A stretch of DNA of 64,000 nt. Source: a virus. Taxonomy: Duplodnaviria > Heunggongvirae > Uroviricota > Caudoviricetes. The position numbers and the translations under genes are program-made. This document shows positions 16,957 through 25,480 of the stretch, in pieces. Numbering within the stretch: the stretch's first letter is position 1; the number at the start of each line of letters is the position of its first letter. Where the stretch lies: positions 1 through 64,000 of IMG/VR virus record IMGVR_UViG_2556921669_000003. One strand, given 5' to 3'. The notes under the pieces were generated by a model that was not told where the DNA came from, did not search any database, and was given only the letters and a program-made list of their open reading frames with translations.

Positions 16957-18727
16957 ACTCCGCTATTATCAACGCGCCAGTTTGGACGCATTGTATTCCT
17001 ACTGGCGCAATGGCGGCGGTAACGGCCTCATCGTGCTGCCAACCGGTGCTGGTAAGGCATTAGTTATTGCTAAATTAATTGAGGAACTGCTGGCCGACTA
17101 TCCGGACATGCGGATTCTCAACGTCACGCATTCCGCCAGTCTGGTAGGCCAAAACTTCGAGGAGTTCATTAAGCTCAGCCCGTTCGCGCCCGCTGGCATC
17201 TACTCGGCCGGCCTGAACCGCAGGGATGCGCACGCTCAGATTCTATTCTGCGGCATCCAGTCCATCTGGAACAAGGTCGACCAGCTTGGCCCGATTGATC
17301 TCGTCATTGTCGATGAGGCGCACGCCATCTCGCGGAACGCGAACACGCAGTATGGACAGTTCTTCAAGGCGGTTCGTGTCGCCAATCCGGACAGCCGAAC
17401 CTGTGGTACGACGGCCACCGACTACCGCATGGATTCTGGCCGTCTGACGGACGATCTGGAAGACGACGAGCCGCTTGCTGGTCTCGCCACCTTGCCGGAG
17501 TTCTACGATCCAGAAGTCGACTTGGTGAAGCCCGCCAAGTTCAAACTCTTCGACGACGTCGTGTATGAAATCGGCATCGGTGAACTGATCGAGCAGGGCT
17601 ATCTCACTCGCCTCACGAGTGCACGCACCGCATCGAAGATCGACCTAAAGGGCGTTGGCACACGCGGTGGCGAATACATCCCAGGCCAGATTTCTGCCGC
17701 TGCGGAACGCATCATCGAGGAGGCCGTGGCTGAGGACATGGTTCTGTCAGAAGGACGGCGAGCCGGTCTGTTCTTCAGCACGAGCAAGGACAACGCCAAC
17801 CACGTCGCGGAAGCAATCCGCCGGCACGGCCGGACCTGCGCCGTCCTGACAAGCGACAACGCGCACCAGACCAAGGAGATTTTTGAAGGCTTCCGGTCCG
17901 GTAAATACTGGGCGATCAGTTCAGTTTCAATGATCACAACGGGCACCAATTTCCCCTTCGTGGATTTCATCAGCTTGATTCTGTCGACGAAAAGCGCTGG
18001 AAAGTTGGTCCAGATATTGGGCCGCGGCACGCGCAACTCACCGGGGAAGACGGAATGCCTCATCGCGGACCATGGGAAGAATTTGGCCTACCATGGGCCG
18101 ATCGACCAGATTCGACCAAAGCCGCCCGGCAGCGGCGACGGAGAGGCGCCCCGCAAGACTTGTCCGTCTGAAGAGACGCCAGGTGCGGTGCGTGACGAGA
18201 ACGGCAACTTTGGCTGCGGGGAAAACATCCACGCTTCCGCCAAGACGTGCCACTGCTGCGGCTATGTCTTCCCGCCGAGCGAGGACGTGAAGATCACCGC
18301 GCAGGCCGCGGATGCGCCGGTGCTGTCCAATGCCCCGGCGGAATCCCGCATCGTCCGGAAGCGGACCTTCTGGCACCACGAAGGGAAGGGGGGCAAGCCG
18401 GACAGCGTCAAGGTGGTATACACCATAGGCATGAGCCTGGTTTCCGAATGGCTTTGCCCTGAGCATGAAGGCTATCCGCGCAGCAAGTCACAGCGATTCT
18501 GGAAGAAACATGGCGGAAGCACACCGTACCCTAAGACCGTCATGGAGTGGCTATCGCGCCAAAACGAACTGGCCGAGACGGCAGAGGTGTTGGTTGCCCC
18601 CCGCGATAAATACTGGGACGTGAAAGAATGGATCGTTAGTGTGGCGGCCAACGACAACGTGCCGGCTGCGGCAAATGAAAACCACTCAAAGCTTGAATGG
18701 GCGATGGACGACTCCATACCTTTCTAG
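16949..18727 (+). CDS. SF2 (DEAH) DNA helicase with internal Cys4 zinc ribbon; C-terminus ...AANDN...AMDDSIPF
   Basis: Walker A LPTGAGKAL, DEAH box VIVDEAHAI, motif VI QILGRGTR; GTG start after GAGGAGG; last six residues resemble the SSB C-terminal tip DDDIPF. Confidence 0.75.
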   Translation: MLELRYYQRASLDALYSYWRNGGGNGLIVLPTGAGKALVIAKLIEELLADYPDMRILNVTHSASLVGQNFEEFIKLSPFAPAGIYSAGLNRRDAHAQILFCGIQSIWNKVDQLGPIDLVIVDEAHAISRNANTQYGQFFKAVRVANPDSRTCGTTATDYRMDSGRLTDDLEDDEPLAGLATLPEFYDPEVDLVKPAKFKLFDDVVYEIGIGELIEQGYLTRLTSARTASKIDLKGVGTRGGEYIPGQISAAAERIIEEAVAEDMVLSEGRRAGLFFSTSKDNANHVAEAIRRHGRTCAVLTSDNAHQTKEIFEGFRSGKYWAISSVSMITTGTNFPFVDFISLILSTKSAGKLVQILGRGTRNSPGKTECLIADHGKNLAYHGPIDQIRPKPPGSGDGEAPRKTCPSEETPGAVRDENGNFGCGENIHASAKTCHCCGYVFPPSEDVKITAQAADAPVLSNAPAESRIVRKRTFWHHEGKGGKPDSVKVVYTIGMSLVSEWLCPEHEGYPRSKSQRFWKKHGGSTPYPKTVMEWLSRQNELAETAEVLVAPRDKYWDVKEWIVSVAANDNVPAAANENHSKLEWAMDDSIPF

Positions 18728-18729
18728 TC

Positions 18730-18758
18730 TTGACAAATTTGTAAAACAGTACTAAGTT
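18730..18758 (+). promoter_or_regulatory. operator-promoter copy TTGACAAATTTGTAAAA
   Basis: Exact 17-mer copy 3 nt after the helicase stop, followed by the CACCACATAGAGGAGAGA module of the next gene. Confidence 0.45.
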
Positions 18759-18806
18759 TCGGTTTCGCGCCTACCAAGCGCACGACTGCACCACATAGAG
18801 GAGAGA

Positions 18807-19244
18807 ATGATGAATCGTGAGAGAAGATGCCGGCTTGAACAATCAGGCGCACGCATTGAAAGCCTGATCTGGATTCCCGGCGCGACGGCAAGCGACGTGT
18901 TGCCGGGCGGCCTTAAAGATGCGATTTCCGAGGACCTCTACGAGAACAATGAGCAGGTCCTCTCAAAGGTGCCCGGCCTCGCTCACATTCTGACGAGCAA
19001 TGAGAGTCCGGATTTCGAGGAAGTTGCGGAAATCCTGTGCGATGTCGATGGCTTTCTGGCGCAGATCGCAGCGCCAATCCCAACGAAATTCTACGAAGGC
19101 GGCGGGTTCTCGTATAGCTGGGGCTACTACCAGACCAAGTGGGTTCACGCCGACAACCTTGATGAGTTGACCGCCTTGGCTGAAGAGTTCGGTAAGGATG
19201 TGGTCGAGCGAGCCCGCGCGAATGAACTGGCGGATGCAGCATGA
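18807..19244 (+). CDS. hypothetical protein (145 aa) under operator-promoter control
   Basis: Acidic protein; ends ...ELADAA. Confidence 0.5.
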   Translation: MMNRERRCRLEQSGARIESLIWIPGATASDVLPGGLKDAISEDLYENNEQVLSKVPGLAHILTSNESPDFEEVAEILCDVDGFLAQIAAPIPTKFYEGGGFSYSWGYYQTKWVHADNLDELTALAEEFGKDVVERARANELADAA

Positions 19245-19741
19245 CCGCCCGCAACATCTGGTTCATCAGCGACACCCATTTCGGCCACAACAACATCCTC
19301 GGCTATTGCCGCCCGCAGTTCGCCAACCTGGAAGAGATGGAGCAAACCATCATCGCCCGGTGGAATGCTGCGGTGAAGCCGCAGGATCTGGTCTATCACC
19401 TCGGCGATTTCGCATGGAAGACGGCGGACGCGAAGCGCGTTCGTCCGCTCTTGAACGGCTCGATCCGCCTCGTGGTCGGCAATCACGACGACATTCCATC
19501 ACTCGCTGCGGCCGGGCTTTTCCAGCGCATCTACCTCTGGAAGCAGTTTCGCGAGATCGGCTTCACCGCCTCGCATATCCCGATGCGGCTGGACCAGTTG
19601 CGGCACGGCGCGAAGAACCTCCACGGTCATGTCCACGGCGACTTGACCGGCCTTGAACCGTTCCACCGAGATGTCTCCGTCGAGAGCACGGGCTTTTGGC
19701 CGGTGCACTGGGATGATGTCGTCGCTTGGGCGGCAGCCTAA
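19241..19741 (+). CDS. calcineurin-like metallophosphoesterase (lambda-PPase/NinI-like Ser/Thr phosphatase)
   Basis: Motifs DTHFGH, GDF, GNHD, HGHVH; ends ...VVAWAAA. Confidence 0.75.
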   Translation: MTARNIWFISDTHFGHNNILGYCRPQFANLEEMEQTIIARWNAAVKPQDLVYHLGDFAWKTADAKRVRPLLNGSIRLVVGNHDDIPSLAAAGLFQRIYLWKQFREIGFTASHIPMRLDQLRHGAKNLHGHVHGDLTGLEPFHRDVSVESTGFWPVHWDDVVAWAAA

Positions 19742-19761
19742 CCACCACCACCGAGGAGACA

Positions 19762-20568
19762 ATGATGACAAGAACCCAAGGCGCCCCCGCTCTTGCTGCC
19801 ACCGCGCCCAACTTCAATCCCATGGCCGTCGCCAACACCGGCCCAGGTCACAACAACCCACCCGCCGAGCCGACGCCCTTCGATCTTCTCAAGCAGGAGA
19901 TCGAAGACCTCTACTCGACGGCCAAAGACTTCTGCGACGGCGAGCCGATCGATTCCGAGGCTATGGCCACCGTCATCACGGAACTGCATGACCGCATCCA
20001 CGAGTGCGGCAAGCGGGCCGAGGCGCTGCGCGTCGATGAGAAGAAGCCGCTCGACGACCAGATCGCGGAGATCCAGACCAAGTTCCACCCGCTGATCGGC
20101 AACACGAAGTCCGGCAAGGGCAAGGTCATCCTGGCGAAGGACGCCTGCCAGACGCTGCTGACTCCATGGCGCCAGAAGGTGGCGGCTGAAAAAGCGGCTG
20201 CCGCGGCAAAGGCTGCCGCAGAAGCAGAGGCCGCCCGCCGTACCGCTCAGGAAGCTATGCAGGCCAGCGCCGGCAATCTTGCCGAACGGGAAGCCGCAGA
20301 AGAGCTGCTGGCGGACGCCAATCGGCTGGAGAAGGGCGCGCGCCGGGCGGACAAGGCGGCGACTACCGGGCTGGGGCTGCGGACCGTTTGGGTGGCTGTG
20401 CTTGAAAATGAGGAAGTTGCGATGGACTGGCTGTGGGCGCGCGCCAAGGACGAAGTGCTGGCCGTTGCTCAGCGGAATGCCGATGAGGCTGTGCGCGCTG
20501 GCCTGCGGAAGGTGCCGGGGTTCCGGGTGGTTGAGGAGAAAGTGGCTGCTGCGGGACGGGCAGCATGA
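19762..20568 (+). CDS. hypothetical protein (268 aa, Ala-rich coiled coil)
   Basis: Start after TAACCACCACCACCGAGGAGACA; ends ...AAAGRAA. Confidence 0.45.
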   Translation: MMTRTQGAPALAATAPNFNPMAVANTGPGHNNPPAEPTPFDLLKQEIEDLYSTAKDFCDGEPIDSEAMATVITELHDRIHECGKRAEALRVDEKKPLDDQIAEIQTKFHPLIGNTKSGKGKVILAKDACQTLLTPWRQKVAAEKAAAAAKAAAEAEAARRTAQEAMQASAGNLAEREAAEELLADANRLEKGARRADKAATTGLGLRTVWVAVLENEEVAMDWLWARAKDEVLAVAQRNADEAVRAGLRKVPGFRVVEEKVAAAGRAA

Positions 20569-20786
20569 TGACGCACGAAGAAGCCATGGACATCATCAAG
20601 AGTGCAACGGCGTCCGACCGCGAGGCGGTTCGTGCCACTGCGCAACTTGTGCTCGCCGCCGTCAAGGCTGCGGGTGCCCTCAGTCTAATGCCCGCGCCTC
20701 ACCTTCCCAAATCCGGCCTCCTGCTGATGGTGCACCCCGAGGTTTATGAGCAGGTGCGACCGCTGACGAAAGAGGATGCAGCATGA
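20565..20786 (+). CDS. hypothetical protein (73 aa)
   Basis: ATGA overlap; ends ...KEDAA. Confidence 0.4.
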   Translation: MMTHEEAMDIIKSATASDREAVRATAQLVLAAVKAAGALSLMPAPHLPKSGLLLMVHPEVYEQVRPLTKEDAA

Positions 20787-21433
20787 CCGACACCTACAAA
20801 CCCGACCAAGACACCTTCCTGCGCGACGTGGCCGACCACAAGATGACCGGCCACGTCATTGACGGCGTCTACCGCCACATCACCTTCGGCCGTCCGGGGT
20901 CTTCGACCTATCGGTTCCACATCACGACGTGGCCCGGATATCTCTGCATCAGCGGCGACATGGGCTGCTTCGTCTTTTCGCGGCTCACCGACATGTTCGA
21001 GTTCTTCCGCGATAAGTGGATCAACCCTTGCTACTGGGCGGAGAAAATCCAGGCGACCAACAAGCACGGCGGACATCGCAAATTCAGTGACGACCTTTTG
21101 AAGCAGGCCGTGGCAAACGATTTCGAGCGGTGGGTCTTCGAGTCCGACGAGCAAAAGGCCGAGGCGTGGAAGGAGATCGACGACGAGTGGGGCGGCCTTT
21201 TCTACAGTGCCTGCGGTAGCGACCACCACCACGCCATTCGTGAGGTCATGGACTGGAAGTGCCCGATCACCGGTCAGCGGTTCGAAGACTTCTATGAGCA
21301 CGATCTGGAGGACTACACCTATCACTACATCTGGTGCTGCCGGGCGATCCTCTGGGGCATCGAGCAATTCGATGCCGGACGGGCGGCTATCGAGGCTGCG
21401 AATGACAATGAGGAAGCGAGGGTGGCGGCGTGA
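20783..21433 (+). CDS. hypothetical protein (216 aa), C-terminus ...EAANDNEEARVAA
   Basis: Trp/Cys-rich globular protein; the C-terminus is the closest match in the window to the alphaproteobacterial SsrA tag ANDNYAEARLAA. Confidence 0.5.
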   Translation: MTDTYKPDQDTFLRDVADHKMTGHVIDGVYRHITFGRPGSSTYRFHITTWPGYLCISGDMGCFVFSRLTDMFEFFRDKWINPCYWAEKIQATNKHGGHRKFSDDLLKQAVANDFERWVFESDEQKAEAWKEIDDEWGGLFYSACGSDHHHAIREVMDWKCPITGQRFEDFYEHDLEDYTYHYIWCCRAILWGIEQFDAGRAAIEAANDNEEARVAA

Positions 21434-21639
21434 GCGACCTGAAGCACAAGACGCCGGCCGAGCTCCGTGCCGAAATCACCAGCATCTCGAGATGGCGGGC
21501 CGGCAAGGAGAGGGAAGCCACCGAGAAGGAGGCGCTGGCCGCATCTCTGCTTGTTGAGGCCAGTCAATTGCGACAACGGGCGCACAACATGGGGCAGTGC
21601 GAGGCGTGGGCGCGAATCTATTTGGCGGAGAAGACATGA
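21430..21639 (+). CDS. hypothetical protein (69 aa, GTG start)
   Basis: GTGA overlap. Confidence 0.35.
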   Translation: MSDLKHKTPAELRAEITSISRWRAGKEREATEKEALAASLLVEASQLRQRAHNMGQCEAWARIYLAEKT

Positions 21640-21878
21640 CCAAAACCATCATGATCGATAATGGCCGTACCGGCATGCAGCTTGCCCGCCTTGCTGCTAC
21701 CAGAAGAACACCCCCGCCCACCCGCGCCGAGACGCCGGCCGTGCAGCTCGAAATCGCAGCCATGTGGCTGCACGAGGCGGCGATGCGACTGACCGAGCTG
21801 AAGCACGTGGACTTGTCGATGAACCTGACGCGCGTCGGGCATGATTGTGAAGCGATGGCGAGGAGGGCAAGTCAGTGA
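21636..21878 (+). CDS. hypothetical protein (80 aa)
   Basis: ATGA overlap. Confidence 0.35.
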   Translation: MTKTIMIDNGRTGMQLARLAATRRTPPPTRAETPAVQLEIAAMWLHEAAMRLTELKHVDLSMNLTRVGHDCEAMARRASQ

Positions 21879-22213
21879 ACACGGTGACGGAAAAAGTGAA
21901 AACGTACGGCTATGACGGTGATGCAGACCTGCCGCGCTCTCTAGTCGACGCCGTTCAGACGCTCAGCGAGGACTTGCTTTCGATTCCCGCCGAGTACCGA
22001 GAGGACGCTGAAATCGATTTCGAGCCGGGCTTTGAGTATGGCGAGTCCTATGCCCGAGTCCGCATCACCTATGAGCGACCGGAGACCCCGGAAGAGACGG
22101 CTGAGAGGCTTGCCGGTGAGCGCGGGCATTGGGAGGGGCAATTGAACCAGGCGCGGTCTCGCGTCGATTACTGCCTGGCGCAGATTGATGGGCTGGGTGA
22201 GGGGAGGGCATGA
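21875..22213 (+). CDS. hypothetical protein (112 aa)
   Basis: Acidic, non-repetitive. Confidence 0.4.
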   Translation: MNTVTEKVKTYGYDGDADLPRSLVDAVQTLSEDLLSIPAEYREDAEIDFEPGFEYGESYARVRITYERPETPEETAERLAGERGHWEGQLNQARSRVDYCLAQIDGLGEGRA

Positions 22214-22587
22214 CCCTCTACCTCTACGATCCCGGCTTCTGCGAATACACACCACAGCCATCGTTGGACGCCGCCATGACCGCCGCAACCACCCTCATCA
22301 GCGCCTACCGTGATCAGTGCGGCCCGGAGTGGCCGGAATATGTCGAGGGCATCATGATCTGCGATTCCACCTACCCGGAAGAGGCGGAGGTTTTGGCGCG
22401 CTCAGTCGAGCACAATCGGATTGAGCGGCCCGACGACGTAGACGAAGACGGTTATTCGCCCTCCTGCGACCTGTGGTTCAATCAGGTCGATTTCTATGTC
22501 GACTATAGGATGGAAATCGTCTGCATCACCGTAACGAACCAAGAGGTGCCGCTGATCGCTCCGATGTTTTCGCACTTGGCCCGATAA
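22210..22587 (+). CDS. hypothetical protein (125 aa)
   Basis: ATGA overlap. Confidence 0.4.
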   Translation: MTLYLYDPGFCEYTPQPSLDAAMTAATTLISAYRDQCGPEWPEYVEGIMICDSTYPEEAEVLARSVEHNRIERPDDVDEDGYSPSCDLWFNQVDFYVDYRMEIVCITVTNQEVPLIAPMFSHLAR

Positions 22588-22699
22588 CCCGGCATTATCG
22601 TTCATAAGGCTTGTCGAAACGACCAGTGCGCTTATAGCGCCAAAAACCACCGATTTCCGCACGCTACCAATGTGCGGGACACCACACTGAGGAGAAGAG

Positions 22700-24004
22700 A
22701 TGACGAGCATTACGATGCACGACGGCAGAGTCGTGCTGCACCAGGCTGACTGCCGCGAAGTCCTGCGCGGGCTAGCCGACAACTCGATTGATAGCGTCGT
22801 GACGGACCCCCCGTATGCGCTGGTCTCCATCCAGAAGCGTTTCGCAAACAGCCCCCGCAGCGAGACGACTGAGAACCCGGTGAATCCGTATGGACGCACC
22901 GGGCGCGGCTTTATGGGCAAAACTTGGGATAACGGCGAGACCGCATTCAGCGAGGCGTTCTGGGCCGAAGTGCTGCGTGTTCTCAAGCCTGGCGGCCACG
23001 TCGTCGCATTCTCAGGCACGCGGACATATCACCGCATGGCCGTTGCGATCGAGGATGCCGGGTTCGAAATCCGCGATCAGTTGGGCTGGGTTTATGGGTC
23101 TGGGTTTCCGAAGTCGCACAACCAGCATGGAGATTGGGAAGGTTGGGGCACGGCCCTGAAACCGGCATGGGAACCGATCTGCTTGGCGCGCAAGCCGCTG
23201 GCCGGGACGGTTGCGGCCAACCTCGACGAGTGGGGCGTGGGGGCAATCAATGTCGATGGATGCCGGATCGGCGATGAGGAACGTTTCAACCCTTCCGCCA
23301 GCCACAACGAGACCTACGGCCAGTTCAAGGGTGCAGAGGATGGCGGCCCGTCCGCCATCGGCCGCTGGCCAGCCAACATCGTCCACGACGGCAGCGATGA
23401 GGTGTTGGCGGCGTTTCCGGACACGAAGAGTGGTCTGATGAAGGCCGGGACTCTGCGAGCGGCGCAGGACGCGCCGGGTTCCGTCGTGTATGGCGTCTAT
23501 GGCGGTGATGCTGCCAAGGCAGACACTTATGGCGACTCCGGATCCGCCGCCCGCTTCTTCTACTGCGCCAAGGCTAGCCGTGCTGACCGGGATGCTGGGT
23601 TGGAGCACCTGCCGAAAAAAGCAGGCGGCATGGTTTCCGAGACCAGCGGTCAGCATATTACTCGCCGGGAGGCCGACTACAAGCCAGAGCCTCGCGCCAA
23701 CACCCACCCGACCGTCAAGCCCACCAGCCTCATGCAGTGGCTCTGCCGCCTCGTCACACCGCCCGGCGGCGTCATTCTGGACCCGTTCATGGGCTCGGGC
23801 AGCACGGGCAAGGCTGCCGTGCTCGAAGGATTCCAGTTCGTCGGCTGCGAGCGCGAAGATGAATACATGCCGATCGCCACGGCTCGCATCGCGTGGGCAA
23901 TCGGGGCGGCCAGCAAAGAGGAGCGCCCCGCAGAGCGGCCAGCAGTTGCCCCGCAACAGCCCGCCGCGAATGACAATGACCTGTTTTCGGCGGCGGCAGC
24001 ATGA
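22700..24004 (+). CDS. beta-class N6-adenine/N4-cytosine DNA methyltransferase (CcrM-like, orphan)
   Basis: Motif IV VVTDPPY near the N-terminus and motif I FMGSGSTGKAA near the C-terminus (circularly permuted beta class); C-terminal tail ...QQPAANDNDLFSAAAA. Confidence 0.8.
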   Translation: MTSITMHDGRVVLHQADCREVLRGLADNSIDSVVTDPPYALVSIQKRFANSPRSETTENPVNPYGRTGRGFMGKTWDNGETAFSEAFWAEVLRVLKPGGHVVAFSGTRTYHRMAVAIEDAGFEIRDQLGWVYGSGFPKSHNQHGDWEGWGTALKPAWEPICLARKPLAGTVAANLDEWGVGAINVDGCRIGDEERFNPSASHNETYGQFKGAEDGGPSAIGRWPANIVHDGSDEVLAAFPDTKSGLMKAGTLRAAQDAPGSVVYGVYGGDAAKADTYGDSGSAARFFYCAKASRADRDAGLEHLPKKAGGMVSETSGQHITRREADYKPEPRANTHPTVKPTSLMQWLCRLVTPPGGVILDPFMGSGSTGKAAVLEGFQFVGCEREDEYMPIATARIAWAIGAASKEERPAERPAVAPQQPAANDNDLFSAAAA

Positions 24005-24384
24005 CAAGGCTCCCCGGCAAGCCAATCCTCCCGATCGCGCCGACCGAAGACGAGCACGGCAACCCGACCGTCTGTCGCGTCTGCTCCATGCGGGCGTTCG
24101 GCGTAGGGGTCGGATACCAGCATCGCGGCGACAAGGATCCAGGCTACCTCTGCCTCGAATGTGCCGCCCTCATCGAAACCGTCCGCGACATGCGGCGGTT
24201 CGATCTTTACGAACTCAAGGCGCTCGACGGATGCCTGGAAGAGCTTGGCGCAATCATCGATGAGCGTGGCATTTCCGATCTGAACCACTTCGATGAGCTT
24301 GATGCCAAGATGATGTGCAAGCGCATCGTGATGGCGTTCGGGGACACGTTGCGGCGGTTGTTGCGGAGCGAGGCGCCTTTCTAA
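24001..24384 (+). CDS. hypothetical protein (127 aa)
   Basis: ATGA overlap with the methyltransferase stop. Confidence 0.4.
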   Translation: MTRLPGKPILPIAPTEDEHGNPTVCRVCSMRAFGVGVGYQHRGDKDPGYLCLECAALIETVRDMRRFDLYELKALDGCLEELGAIIDERGISDLNHFDELDAKMMCKRIVMAFGDTLRRLLRSEAPF

Positions 24385-24445
24385 ATCGCGACTCCGCGGC
24401 ACGGCCCACCAACCCGTACCGCTTCACCACATGAGGAGTAGATGA

Positions 24446-24640
24446 TCACCAATCCAACCCTGCCGCCCTCAGGCGCTCCCATGCGTGAAGCAGCACAGGG
24501 ACCCACGGCGGTATTTCGCGGTCACCGGCCTTCCATCGTCGAACTGTTCGCGCGTCCACACCGCTGTGGCGTGCGAAAGCCGTTTGCCAGTTTGGGCCAA
24601 AGAGGGCGGCACAACGTGTTTCCAGATCGGCAGGGGTCAC
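24446..24640 (-). CDS. HTH DNA-binding protein (64 aa), second gene of the opposite-strand cassette
   Basis: ARHSGVDARTVRRWKAG helix-turn-helix; ATGA-type overlap with the upstream gene. Confidence 0.45.
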   Translation of the reverse strand: MTPADLETRCAALFGPNWQTAFARHSGVDARTVRRWKAGDREIPPWVPVLLHAWERLRAAGLDW

Positions 24641-24864
24641 AGCGCGGCCACGTAGACTTCAATGACGCGAACCTCGGCGTTTGTCTCGCGGCTCTTCAGG
24701 ACCTTGCCGACTTTGCGCTTCTCGCCAATGGCGTAGTTCTCAGCCTGACCGCGCGTCTCTGTCTCGAACTTTCGGCTGGTGCCGTCAGCGAAGAGCGTGA
24801 CGACTTCGAACTGCTTCGGAGCGGCAAGGCGGCGGGCAAGCAGTGCGGCGATTTCGGGGCTCAC
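24637..24864 (-). CDS. hypothetical protein (75 aa), first gene of an opposite-strand cassette
   Basis: High GC3; GTG start after TTCACCACCACCACAGAGGAGACCGAC on the minus strand. Confidence 0.4.
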   Translation of the reverse strand: MSPEIAALLARRLAAPKQFEVVTLFADGTSRKFETETRGQAENYAIGEKRKVGKVLKSRETNAEVRVIEVYVAAL

Positions 24865-24894
24865 GTCGGTCTCCTCTGTGGTGGTGGTGAATTA

Positions 24895-24923
24895 CATATA
24901 GGACCATTGGTCCTAATTAGCAA
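24895..24923 (-). promoter_or_regulatory. minus-strand promoter (-35 TTGCTA, -10 TATATG) whose 17-nt spacer is the palindrome TAGGACCATTGGTCCTA
   Basis: A perfect 8+1+8 palindrome exactly fills the spacer, upstream of the 24864 cassette. Confidence 0.4.
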
Positions 24924-24994
24924 GAACTATTTTTGGAGTGCAGCATGACCCCACTCAAAACAGCCATGTCCTACGTCGCGGCGGGGGGAACGCC

Positions 24995-25480
24995 ATGACC
25001 TACACAATCAAAGCTATCCCAACGACCTACGCTGGCGTCAATTTCCGCTCCCGCCTCGAAGCGCGATGGGCAGCTTTCTTCGATCTGTGCGGATGGAAGT
25101 GGGACTATGAGCCATTAGACTTGGAAGGATGGGCGCCGGATTTCTTGCTCAGGACGGTCCTCGGCCCAGTGCTGGTAGAGGTGAAGCCCTATGACGTTGT
25201 GGCCAAACTGGACGAGGAATTGGCGCGCGGCCCGTCGGTCGGTCGAATTTCGGAATACGATAAGGCGGCCAATCACGGAAAGCATCACCAGGTTCTTTAT
25301 CTGGGATTGTCTCCACTTTCCGACGGATATCCTGTCGGCTTCCCCGCAATCCCGCCTCTAAACGCACCATATCCCTATGCCGTGATGCTAGACGCCATAA
25401 CAGTCAACCGGCCTGAACACCTTTGGGCGGAGGCGGGAAATATCGTGCAATGGCATCCATCAAGGAGGGCCGCAGCCTAA
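24995..25480 (+). CDS. PD-(D/E)xK restriction-endonuclease-fold nuclease (phage-associated)
   Basis: APDFLL ... LVEVK (D...ExK) arrangement; ends ...SRRAAA. Confidence 0.45.
   Translation: MTYTIKAIPTTYAGVNFRSRLEARWAAFFDLCGWKWDYEPLDLEGWAPDFLLRTVLGPVLVEVKPYDVVAKLDEELARGPSVGRISEYDKAANHGKHHQVLYLGLSPLSDGYPVGFPAIPPLNAPYPYAVMLDAITVNRPEHLWAEAGNIVQWHPSRRAAA

Noticed and set aside
22700-24004. Restriction-modification system
   Set aside because: The methyltransferase is CcrM-like and no endonuclease candidate is adjacent; treated as an orphan phage methyltransferase.
24442-24948. 168-aa plus-strand ORF preceded by a CACCACATGAGGAG module
   Set aside because: Low GC3 and a featureless sequence; the overlapping minus-strand genes have high GC3, an HTH and their own promoter/operator. 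Kept as unresolved, since the plus-strand initiation motif is good.
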